A model generated the notes under the pieces. That model did no database searches. It worked only from the letters and a program-made list of their open reading frames with translations, and was not told where the DNA came from. Source: Gammaproteobacteria bacterium (GTDB taxonomy: Bacteria; Pseudomonadota; Gammaproteobacteria; CBDBNL01; JAAOII01). From it: DNA of 64,000 nucleotides. Shown here one piece after another: positions 10,201 through 18,232 of this stretch. Where the stretch lies: positions 61,199 through 125,198 of the forward strand of contig OZ242303.1 in NCBI GenBank assembly GCA_965207945.1. Reading direction: 5' to 3'. The first letter of the stretch is position 1, and every line of letters begins with the position of its first letter. Position numbers and translations under genes: made by a program.

Positions 10201-11507
10201 AAGTATCCTGCCAAGGTAGGTCTGCCAAACTCATTAGCATAGTGACTGCTACCCAAAGGTGCCTCCAACATTATCTGTTGGGCTGATGCCTTGCCAAAAG
10301 GGCAACCAAAATCCTGCTCCCAAGTATAATTATTTTTATCCAACAGCAGGTCGGATACACTAAAGCCAGCAAACCCAGCTTTAGTTCTACCTCCTATGCC
10401 GCAGGCGAGTTCATCCCTTATCTCTCCGCCAACCCCAGTGGCAGCCCCTGGAAAGGGTGACACAAATGTAGGATGATTGTGTGTTTCGGCTTTGAATATT
10501 AGATGACGCTTTTGTTCTCTATGCTGATATTCACTAGAGCTATCTCCCTCATAACGATTGAAAGCAGATATCTTTGCAGTGGCAAAGATAGCCGCATTAT
10601 CTGTATATGCGGAAACTAAACCAGCAGGAGATTTTTTACTGGTTTCTTTGATGAGCCCAAACATTGTCGGACTGTGACCATTCTGGCTTGAAGATTTATC
10701 CGCCGAGTCGTCGCTGCTTATCACAGCATTAAAAATCTTATGGCGACAATGTTCCGAATTAAGTTGCGCAAACAGCATCAACTCTGCATCTGTAGCAGGG
10801 CGTTCAAGCTTGTGATAAACCTCCCGCAGATACTCTAACTCATCCTCACTAATCGCCAAACCCCATTCTCTATTGGCAACTTGCAGCTCAGCAAGGTCAT
10901 CCATATTGACACGCCTTAAATCATTGTCGGCATGGCTATCAATAAAATACCGCTCCAATTCTTGCTCGGACAATATCTCTTGCGTCATCTTATCGCAAAC
11001 TGAACCTTTCAACTCGTCTATATTATTTTTCAATGAAGCAGGAAGTGCATATTTATAACCCTTTTCAATTAATCTTCCACCATCCCAATCTTTTAACGAA
11101 GGAAAAATATCCTCAAGTATATCCTGCGTCTTGCTCGACCAAGGAGAATGAGTGCCACGCCGCGGCGCCACATAAAAGAGGGTATCTCGGAAGGAGTGAG
11201 TAGCCGCCTGGCTGTGAGAGGGTGCATCATCTTTATTAGCCAGTGATATCGCGCCAAAATTTGTACTGAATAATAATTTTTTCAGTTGTTCTTTTTCTCG
11301 CTCATTAAAAGGGTGATCTGGATGAAGGAAAAAGAACTCGCTACGAGTTGCAGTATAAATTGATTTAACAACATGCCCTTTACCGGATTTGGGTGCATGA
11401 AGGATAACTGGAATATCTATCTTCTCACTTGACAATCCCTTTTCGTCAAAAATAATCTCGGTGCGTGATTGTTTGTCCGACTCTGACACCAAATCCTTAT
11501 GATTCAT
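7260..11507 (-). CDS. purL: Phosphoribosylformylglycinamidine synthase, large single-chain form.
   Basis: 1415 aa. The FGAM synthetase core is followed by a C-terminal glutamine amidotransferase domain with GICNGCQ. It carries extra insertions relative to E. coli PurL (1295 aa). Confidence 0.95.
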   Translation of the reverse strand: MNHKDLVSESDKQSRTEIIFDEKGLSSEKIDIPVILHAPKSGKGHVVKSIYTATRSEFFFLHPDHPFNEREKEQLKKLLFSTNFGAISLANKDDAPSHSQAATHSFRDTLFYVAPRRGTHSPWSSKTQDILEDIFPSLKDWDGGRLIEKGYKYALPASLKNNIDELKGSVCDKMTQEILSEQELERYFIDSHADNDLRRVNMDDLAELQVANREWGLAISEDELEYLREVYHKLERPATDAELMLFAQLNSEHCRHKIFNAVISSDDSADKSSSQNGHSPTMFGLIKETSKKSPAGLVSAYTDNAAIFATAKISAFNRYEGDSSSEYQHREQKRHLIFKAETHNHPTFVSPFPGAATGVGGEIRDELACGIGGRTKAGFAGFSVSDLLLDKNNYTWEQDFGCPFGKASAQQIMLEAPLGSSHYANEFGRPTLAGYFRTLSCERDGIKYGYHKPIMLAGGWGEISNDQAIKPEEIDEGAHLVLMGEPALRIGIGGGSVSSLKSSGGKKNVELDFASVQRDNAETEKRCAEAIEACSRQGKKNPIIFIHDLGAGGLGNAVAELLKDGKCGGEVELRDIPVADPSMSPAEVWSNESQERFLLAVDPERLDEFDKICQRENAPYKVIGKTNKSGELRLMQQDNKDNRENKEDSRDTDAINLPLEILFPKTPKEIIVSYVPVETKDFVVPNISEISEYAEKVLQLPAVASKGFLITIGDRFVGGLTAREQMVGPWQVPINDYAATLADFSGFGGEAAAIGERTPLAILNPKAAVRMALAEVVTNLAASGIKKLQDIKLCANWMAASNEDGQMANLYEGVRTLTEEMCQELGLAIPVGKDSLFMSASWDKQNVISPLSLIMSGLAPLIDVRLGVDPLLQTDTYKNIDGDNSLLHTDTYKNTGADNSLLQTDTYKNTGADNSLLHTDTYKNMLPSLWLVSTRHGSNRLGGSALAQVMQQWEGETADIESPKDIANFFSFVSDAVHDKLLLAYHDVSDGGLWTTLSEMAFASNCGLSIDLTGMMKQQQNEYTALFGEEAGAVIQVAPENESKVLERGKQHNLVVHKLGVPIDKDRIEISCAGRTLIDKKMSAMRSLWNKVSDNIRELRDDNPQCVKQEALLIEDFNYKGIQENIKFDMAGKYNSYNSIKLLNKSRPKVAILRTQGVNSNIETALAFHNAGFEAVDVHINDLKKDGSDKLKDYKGAVFCGGFTYGDALGAGVGWAASILYNPKLKEEFQQFFQRKDTFTLGICNGCQVLSRLQEIIEGADWNCRFQRNESRRFEARTVMVKICKSPSIFFTGMEGSVIPIASAHGEGMATFSRSKDGEQALNKKRAAMVYTDGQGNDNPAYPLNPNGSEHGIAGMTSKDGRVTLLMPHPERTLRRVNQCWHDKSATAIQRKAEVATSYITPWQAMFYNARLWVD
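8737..8905 (-). repeat. In-frame tandem 45-bp repeat of about 3.7 copies inside purL, encoding four 15-aa units of the form LLQTDTYKN(T/I)G(A/D)DNS.
   Basis: The plus strand shows tttttataagtgtcggt(a/t)tg(t/c)aatag(t/c)gagttgtcagcaccagtg repeated head to tail. The frame is preserved through the repeats. Confidence 0.85.
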
Positions 11508-11956
11508 TAGAGTAAAACTTTAATTGTAATTGTCTTATATCTATCCGCACGCAAACTCCCTAAAACTAACATATTCATTTAGCAAGCAAGGTTATTGAAA
11601 AAGTGCATTCATTGTAGCACTATTATATTACATTATAGAGATTTCAATCCTTGTAGTCATCGGTTGTATTGAATATTTCTGCCCGTTCTGTTTTATTGCT
11701 TTACCCTAAAAATAGAAGAATACTTACTTAATGGGAGATAGTATAATTCCCCTTGATAAAATTGTACTTCAGTTAGTCAGCAGACACCAAAAAACCTCTT
11801 CAGATTAAACGTCACTATGCAAAGATGATTAAAGAATTTTATATGGAGATATTTGAACCAGGCGCTATAATTTTCATGGTCATAATTAATTTTTTAATGT
11901 ATAATTAACGTTTTATTATTAATAAATTTTTATAAACCATACAAAGGAGTAGTACC

Positions 11957-12262
11957 ATGATTGAAGCAGTATTTATAAACAATGATGGAAAGATCGTAGA
12001 AGTTTCTGTGAGGAACATTTATGATATTTCCAATAAAATCCAACGATTAGTAAATGATAACAACTTCCCATTGCATGAAAGTGAGGAAGAAGCTACGAGG
12101 GCTGGAAGTTCGTATGATCGCATCTCCAGATCTGATATGAATGAGTGGACTGATGCCCGTAAGGAATTAATAAAGCAGGCAGATAGTAATCAAAGTTTAT
12201 GGATATTAATTTCTTTCTTTGATTCTTTGGCGGAAAAAGTTGGGATGCAGAACTATAAATAA
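11957..12262 (+). CDS. Hypothetical small protein (101 aa) at the left edge of the island.
   Basis: The ORF has a good AAGGAG Shine-Dalgarno 7 nt upstream. I see no recognisable domain. Confidence 0.4.
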   Translation: MIEAVFINNDGKIVEVSVRNIYDISNKIQRLVNDNNFPLHESEEEATRAGSSYDRISRSDMNEWTDARKELIKQADSNQSLWILISFFDSLAEKVGMQNYK

Positions 12263-12355
12263 TATAAATATTTTAAGGAGTATGTTGTTGATAAACTAGG
12301 AGGCTTATTCTAATACACTTTCTGCTAGTATATCTTTAACTTATAATATAAAGCA

Positions 12356-12718
12356 ATGAAAGAGAAAATGAAGTTTAATTACGGCAACGTTAGGCGCATA
12401 CCTGATAATCTATCTGGGGTTTATGCATTTTGGGTTTTCCCTGAGGCTATTAGTGTTTGGCGATGCCTTTATATTGGAAAAGCAGACGTTTGCTTAAAGA
12501 AAAGATTAAAAAATCACTGGGATAGAGAACCTAGTGTAGGGAAAGATTTTATTGATGATAGAGAGGTATACTCAGATGATTTGTACTTTTGTTACTATTC
12601 AAGGAGTTATCTAGATAAGCAAAAGGTACATAACTTGGAGAGTATGCTAATTAAAAAATGGGGGCCTGATAGTAATACTGTCAAAAAAATTAAGAAATTA
12701 AAGTATAATAGAAAGTGA
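12356..12718 (+). CDS. GIY-YIG nuclease-family protein (120 aa).
   Basis: The GIY-YIG motifs are visible: GVYAF…YIGKA…RLKNH, followed by a conserved Glu. Confidence 0.65.
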   Translation: MKEKMKFNYGNVRRIPDNLSGVYAFWVFPEAISVWRCLYIGKADVCLKKRLKNHWDREPSVGKDFIDDREVYSDDLYFCYYSRSYLDKQKVHNLESMLIKKWGPDSNTVKKIKKLKYNRK

Positions 12719-12754
12719 ATTTAGTAATAATTAACCGAAGAGGAAATTAATAAC

Positions 12755-14071
12755 ATGTCAATTACATTACCTGTGATAAGAGGTCAAATGGGGATACATA
12801 CATATTATGTGGCTACAATGTCTGCACAAGATGCGACATTATTAATAAAAATGCCAAGCATTGTACCTGGCTGGAATTCTATTGAAGCTAGAGCTCAAAG
12901 AACGGTGGATTCTAAAAGAGTTGAGAAGGGGTTATATCCTTACTTAACTAATAAAAGTGCCGATAGATTTTTTGGCTCTTTAATAGTTGGAGTTCAATAT
13001 CTGGAAGAGGCGGATACTAGTAGTAAGATAGACAAAAAAAAGAAAAAAATTGTTTTTGAACCTATCGAAAAATATGGGGATTTACCCGTTGCATATGACC
13101 AACCAGCCGAAAGAATGGGAATATTAACTATAAAAGATAGTAGTATACTAGTAGTTCCTTATGATGGACAGCATAGGTTATTAGGATTAAGGTATGCTAT
13201 TGAAGGAAGAAAAAACACAGGGGATGAGATTCGTTCAGGAGAAAACAATCTCTCGGTGGCTAAGGATATAATTTCTGTTATTCTTCTTCCATATAGCGTA
13301 GGAACTTCCAGAAATATATTTACCAAACTTAATAGATATTCTAAGCCAACCAGTGCTACCCAGAATTATATCACCGATGATGATGACTCTATAGCGAGCA
13401 TAGCAAGAAAAATAACAAATACGGTTATTAACCAAAAGAGAGACGATATTGATTTAGTTAATTGGATAAGCAATTCTTTAAAGAAGAAGGATGGTTACTT
13501 CACCACACTTGATACGATTTACAAATGCACAAAGGCAATAATAGAAGAGATAGCGTCTAAAAAAATTCTAACAGGTGAAAGATTGAAGGATGAACTGGAG
13601 AGGAAATATTTTAAAGCAGCAAAGGATACTTGGGAGTTTTTATTAAAAGAGATAGATGAGTTTAAGGATGCTTTAAAGAATAGAACTAAAGCGGGTGATG
13701 AAAATAGAATGCAGATACGCGAATATTCGTTGCTTGGGAAGCCAGTGCCTCAGCAATGCATAGTAGAGGCATTTTTAAAAATTATAAGAGATAAAAAGAT
13801 ATCAAAGGAAGAGGCTGTTAAAAGGTTAAATAAAATACCCTGGGATATAGGAAATCCGCTATGGGATAGCATACTGTGGCAAGGAGATGGGGATACAGGA
13901 AAAATATTGACCAAAGGTAAAAAAATTGCCATTGATCTAGTATCTTACATGTGTGGGGCAACCATGACAACTGCTCAAGAAAGTAATCTATTAGCAAGAT
14001 ATGAGGCTTTATTATCACCTGATGATAATAGGAGGGGAAAGTTACCTAATAAGTTGAATAAACGCAGCTAG
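12755..14071 (+). CDS. DGQHR-domain protein, DndB-like (ParB/sulfiredoxin fold).
   Basis: The N-terminus LPVIRGQMGIHTYYVATM matches the DndB PAIRG…YY signature, and the eponymous YDGQHRLLGL motif is present. 438 aa. Confidence 0.8.
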   Translation: MSITLPVIRGQMGIHTYYVATMSAQDATLLIKMPSIVPGWNSIEARAQRTVDSKRVEKGLYPYLTNKSADRFFGSLIVGVQYLEEADTSSKIDKKKKKIVFEPIEKYGDLPVAYDQPAERMGILTIKDSSILVVPYDGQHRLLGLRYAIEGRKNTGDEIRSGENNLSVAKDIISVILLPYSVGTSRNIFTKLNRYSKPTSATQNYITDDDDSIASIARKITNTVINQKRDDIDLVNWISNSLKKKDGYFTTLDTIYKCTKAIIEEIASKKILTGERLKDELERKYFKAAKDTWEFLLKEIDEFKDALKNRTKAGDENRMQIREYSLLGKPVPQQCIVEAFLKIIRDKKISKEEAVKRLNKIPWDIGNPLWDSILWQGDGDTGKILTKGKKIAIDLVSYMCGATMTTAQESNLLARYEALLSPDDNRRGKLPNKLNKRS

Positions 14072-15243
14072 TGGTTAGATCACTTTCTGCTGCCGTCCCT
14101 GCTACAGATAACATAATAGCGACAAGTGCGGAATTCCTTAATCCTATTAGCTTAAAAGAAAAAATATCACGCATCCAAGCAGACATAGAGGAAGCCTATT
14201 TTGAGAAGACCTGTCCGTGGGTTATTGCTTATTCCGGAGGGAAGGACTCTACTATGGTACTTCAGTTGGTCTGTGAGTTCTTATTATCCTTGCCCAAAGA
14301 CAAGCATAATAAAGAAATCCATATAGTGTCAAATGATACTCGTGTGGAGTCGCCCGTTATATCACAACATTTAGATAAAAGCTTGGAGTTACTCAAAAAA
14401 TTTCAAAAAGAACACTCGCTACCTATCAAGGTGCAGAAAACAGTGCCAGCAGAGAATGATTCTTTTTGGGTGAATCTCATAGGGCGTGGTTACATACCAC
14501 CGACTAGAGTGTTTAGGTGGTGTACTAGCAAGATGAAAATAGAACCAACCAACAAGTACATTAAGAACTTCATAGATAGGAATGGTGAAGTAGTCCTTTT
14601 ATTAGGGGTAAGGACAAGTGAATCAACTTCGCGCGGAAGATCTATTAAGAAGCACACCAATGACGATGGGACTAGGTATAACCCTCATAGTATGATGCCG
14701 AAGTGCTTAATATATAGACCGATTATAGATATAGAGAATGAAGAAATATGGCAGTTACTGCTGCAACGTCCTTCCCTTTGGGGTGGAAATAATCGCGAGC
14801 TAATTACTATTTACAGAAATGCTGCTGGTGGAGAATGCCCTACAGTTCTGTCCGAAGACGATGCCCCTTCTTGTGGGTCGTCATCTGTTAGGTTTGGTTG
14901 CTGGACGTGCACCGTTATTAGCAAAGATAGGAGCTTGGGCGGCCTAGTAGATTCTGGACTTGATTATCTAGAACCCTACATGAATTTTAGAGATTGGTTA
15001 ATAGAATTAAGAGAAGATGATGGCAATAGAACACCCGTGCGTAGAAATGGCCGTTGGAAGAAAAAAGAAAATGGTTCTACGGTTAAGGGACCATTTTTAA
15101 TAAGTATTCGCAAGGAGATATATAGTAGATTACTTGAATTAGAGAAAGAAGTAGGAGAGAAATTAATTACTAAGAGCGAAATTTTCTTAATAGAAAGAAT
15201 CTGGCGCCAAGATGAGAAAAAAGCAATCTGGCCAGTAAATTAA
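14071..15243 (+). CDS. PAPS-reductase-family PP-loop ATP pyrophosphatase, DndC/SspD/IbrA-like, with a C-terminal Cys cluster.
   Basis: The PP-loop VIAYSGGKDST is present, together with Cys motifs ECPTV…SCGSS…RFGCWTCT. The GTG start overlaps the upstream stop (TAGTG), consistent with translational coupling. Confidence 0.8.
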   Translation: MVRSLSAAVPATDNIIATSAEFLNPISLKEKISRIQADIEEAYFEKTCPWVIAYSGGKDSTMVLQLVCEFLLSLPKDKHNKEIHIVSNDTRVESPVISQHLDKSLELLKKFQKEHSLPIKVQKTVPAENDSFWVNLIGRGYIPPTRVFRWCTSKMKIEPTNKYIKNFIDRNGEVVLLLGVRTSESTSRGRSIKKHTNDDGTRYNPHSMMPKCLIYRPIIDIENEEIWQLLLQRPSLWGGNNRELITIYRNAAGGECPTVLSEDDAPSCGSSSVRFGCWTCTVISKDRSLGGLVDSGLDYLEPYMNFRDWLIELREDDGNRTPVRRNGRWKKKENGSTVKGPFLISIRKEIYSRLLELEKEVGEKLITKSEIFLIERIWRQDEKKAIWPVN

Positions 15244-15254
15244 GTAGTGTTATA

Positions 15255-17000
15255 GTGAAGAAAAATCCTTTTTCTGCCAAAGCTCTACCACTGTATGAAC
15301 TCTTTAATGGCTTTATGGCGGAGCACAATATAGAGTCATTTCTCATTCCACAATATCAGAGGTTCTACTCATGGAAACCTAAGCATGTGAAGGACCTTTT
15401 ATCAGATATAGCTATGGCTATAACTGATAATGAAGATGGTTTTTTTTTAGGACCCATTCTATTATCTAATTCCCCAGAATCCCAGAAGAGTATTTCAATA
15501 GTTGATGGTCAGCAGAGGATAATAACCACGTCCCTAATTTTAGGGGCATTAATGCATCATGTTTATAACTTGAAACAAGAGAACAATGAAGTTGCTATGC
15601 GCTGCCTTTGGGATTTACCCAAAGAACTCACAGATATAGCCCATATATCACCTGGCAATATACCAACTAAACTAAGCTTTTCTTTAGAAAATGATGATAC
15701 TTCTTATCAGCTGATGATATGTGATAATCAGGCATATATTTCAGGACCTATTAAAAAAGCTTATGAAAGTATAAATGCATTTTTTGCTGGGTACTCTTAT
15801 GAAGATACTTGTAAGTATATCAATTATCTCACTAATAAGGTGTTCTTTGTGGCAATAAAACCAGATGAACATGTCAAGCAAATAAACAAGATATTTGAAA
15901 CATTGAATGATAGAGGGATGCCTCTTAATCAAATAGAGTTATTTAAGAACTTTGCACTTAGTTATTTTAGCCCCCGTGACAAGAAATTTGATTTATTTGA
16001 AAAACTATACATGTGGCTAAATACTGTGGATTCTGTTGAAAGATATTTGGCTGTATATTCTATGCTGCACTATGATTATAAGACAGTTAAGCGTGAGAAA
16101 AATTTATACAGGTTATGGAAAAATAGAATCTATGAATATCCAAAGTCCGAGAGGAAGAGTCAAATGCGTATTATTCTTGATGACCTCTCATCCTCTCTTG
16201 AATATTACCAGGCGATCTCCAAAGAGGGCAGTTCGCTTTGGATGACAAGGTATAAAGGTGCAGCAATGAATGATGACAGAATGCTTGCTATGATTCAATT
16301 TTTGAGTAAATACAAAATTACTCATCCTATTCTTTTTGCTATAGTTAAAAGAGAACCTGGCTATAAGGTTTTGAAAAGCTGCTATCATATAATTTATTCC
16401 CTTTTAGCTAGAGTGTGGTTAATTCACTCTCTATCACGGGCTGGCAATTTGGAGGAAATATTAACCACTGTAGCATTAGGTATAAATAAGAAAGAAATTG
16501 AACTATCTCCTGATAATCTATATAAGAATATAGTTAAACAAGCTGGATCTCACTATACAGATATAACGGATGATAAACTATTTAGTACCAAGTTGGGCGT
16601 TATAGAATATCCAGGAAATGTGGATCCCCGCACTAAATTCATATTTACTGAGATAGTTAACTCAAATCAAAAAGAGATTAAGATTATGAAGGAAGATACC
16701 CTCAAGGTATCCCATGTATTGCCTAGGGATGAAGGGGAGCTCTCCGATTGGGGTGGCTTCCCTTTAGCGGATTACCTTACAAGCCGCCATAAATTAGGAA
16801 ACATGGTTTTATTAAATGGAGAAGCCCCTCGGGTTGTTAATAGTCAATCTTTTAAAGAAAAGAAAAAGATCTTTGCGGAATCTGATTTTGATATAACTAA
16901 AAATATATCTTTGGTGCATAATTGGGGTCCACAAGAGATCCAACAAAAGCAAAAAGAATACGCCCAGCAAATCACCCAAATACTTTCATTGCCCTCTTAA
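15255..17000 (+). CDS. DUF262 + DUF1524 protein (GmrSD/SspE-like putative modification-dependent or modification-sensing nuclease).
   Basis: The N-terminal DUF262 signature is IPQYQRFYSW…VDGQQRI. The C-terminal DUF1524 His-Me motif is VSHVLPRDEG…GN(M)VLLN. 581 aa, with a GTG start. Confidence 0.8.
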   Translation: MKKNPFSAKALPLYELFNGFMAEHNIESFLIPQYQRFYSWKPKHVKDLLSDIAMAITDNEDGFFLGPILLSNSPESQKSISIVDGQQRIITTSLILGALMHHVYNLKQENNEVAMRCLWDLPKELTDIAHISPGNIPTKLSFSLENDDTSYQLMICDNQAYISGPIKKAYESINAFFAGYSYEDTCKYINYLTNKVFFVAIKPDEHVKQINKIFETLNDRGMPLNQIELFKNFALSYFSPRDKKFDLFEKLYMWLNTVDSVERYLAVYSMLHYDYKTVKREKNLYRLWKNRIYEYPKSERKSQMRIILDDLSSSLEYYQAISKEGSSLWMTRYKGAAMNDDRMLAMIQFLSKYKITHPILFAIVKREPGYKVLKSCYHIIYSLLARVWLIHSLSRAGNLEEILTTVALGINKKEIELSPDNLYKNIVKQAGSHYTDITDDKLFSTKLGVIEYPGNVDPRTKFIFTEIVNSNQKEIKIMKEDTLKVSHVLPRDEGELSDWGGFPLADYLTSRHKLGNMVLLNGEAPRVVNSQSFKEKKKIFAESDFDITKNISLVHNWGPQEIQQKQKEYAQQITQILSLPS

Positions 17001-17158
17001 CTGTCATTATCTCTCAGCCAGTATAAATTATTCTGGCTTATAATTCTATAATACCTTTTATACAATTTACCCAATAATAATGCAGGCATACAACCTCCAC
17101 ACCATACCCCCCCAACCTCACCATCTTGCAATCCCAACATATAATATAATCCATATAT

Positions 17159-18226
17159 ATGAAAGATAAGATTAAGGTAGCTATTTATGGAGCTTCGGGT
17201 TATACCAGTTCGGAGTTGTTGCGGTTGCTTGAGCAGCATCCGAATGTGCAGGTTTGCGCGGTGGTGTCGCACTCGCAAGTTGGTAAGTGTTTGGGTGCGT
17301 TGCATCCCCATCTTGGTGAGGAGCTTGGCGCTATGGAGGCGATTTCTGCCGAGCAGGTTCCTGATTGTGATTGTGTATTTTTTGCTACGCCAGCGTGTGT
17401 TGCAATTAAGGAGGCGGGTAGGTTGTTAGATAAGGGGGTAAAAGTTATAGATTTGTCGCCCGATTTTCGGATTAAGGATGCCAAGTTATGGCAGCAGTGG
17501 TACGCAAAGGAGCATGGCGCGACTGATTTATTGGCAGAGGCGGTGTATGGTTTGCCTGAGGCGAATCGCGCTGCCATTAAGAAGGCGCGGCTTATTGCTA
17601 ATCCAGGTTGCTATGCAACTACGGTGCAGTTGGCATTGTTGCCGTCATTGCTATCCGCTAAGCATGGTGGGCAACTTGCAGGTAAGGAGTTAGTCGTGGA
17701 TGCCAAGTCCGGCGTTAGTGGGGCGGGTAAGAATCTGGCAACCGATCTTTTATTGGGTGAGGCGGGAGAGGATTTTACCTGCTATTCAGCGGAAGGGCAT
17801 AGGCATCAGCCAGAGATGGAGGAGTCATTACAAGAAAAGAGTGGAGTAAATGTGAAGCTACGTTTTGTTCCTCATTTATTGCCGCTGGTGCGTGGAATTT
17901 TTGTGGATATATATTTACCGCTTGGCAGTGGAAGTGATAACAATCCAGCTGCTGATGAATTAAGAAGCGTGTATAGTAAGTTTTATGCCGCCGAGCCGTT
18001 TGTGAAAGTATTGGCTAAGGGGCAGGCACCACATATTAAACATACTCGCGGGAGCAATCATTGTCATTTAGCTGTTTTCGCTGCTCCTGGTTCTACTTAT
18101 ATACAGGTGTGTGGAGTTTTGGATAACTTGGTTAAGGGGGCGTCTGGTCAGGCGATCCAGAATATGAATATTATTTTTGGTTTGGATGAGAAGGAGGGGC
18201 TGCAGCAGGCAGCGTTGACGCCTTAG
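17159..18226 (+). CDS. argC: N-acetyl-gamma-glutamyl-phosphate reductase.
   Basis: IAIYGASGYTSSELLRLLEQHP at the N-terminus and the catalytic-Cys region NPGCYAT. Confidence 0.9.
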   Translation: MKDKIKVAIYGASGYTSSELLRLLEQHPNVQVCAVVSHSQVGKCLGALHPHLGEELGAMEAISAEQVPDCDCVFFATPACVAIKEAGRLLDKGVKVIDLSPDFRIKDAKLWQQWYAKEHGATDLLAEAVYGLPEANRAAIKKARLIANPGCYATTVQLALLPSLLSAKHGGQLAGKELVVDAKSGVSGAGKNLATDLLLGEAGEDFTCYSAEGHRHQPEMEESLQEKSGVNVKLRFVPHLLPLVRGIFVDIYLPLGSGSDNNPAADELRSVYSKFYAAEPFVKVLAKGQAPHIKHTRGSNHCHLAVFAAPGSTYIQVCGVLDNLVKGASGQAIQNMNIIFGLDEKEGLQQAALTP

Positions 18227-18232
18227 TAAAGT

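Noticed and set aside
17016-17038. Possible terminator hairpin after the DUF262/DUF1524 gene (agccag-N11-ctggct).
   Set aside because: It is only a 6-bp stem with a large loop and no following U-tract, which is too weak to call.
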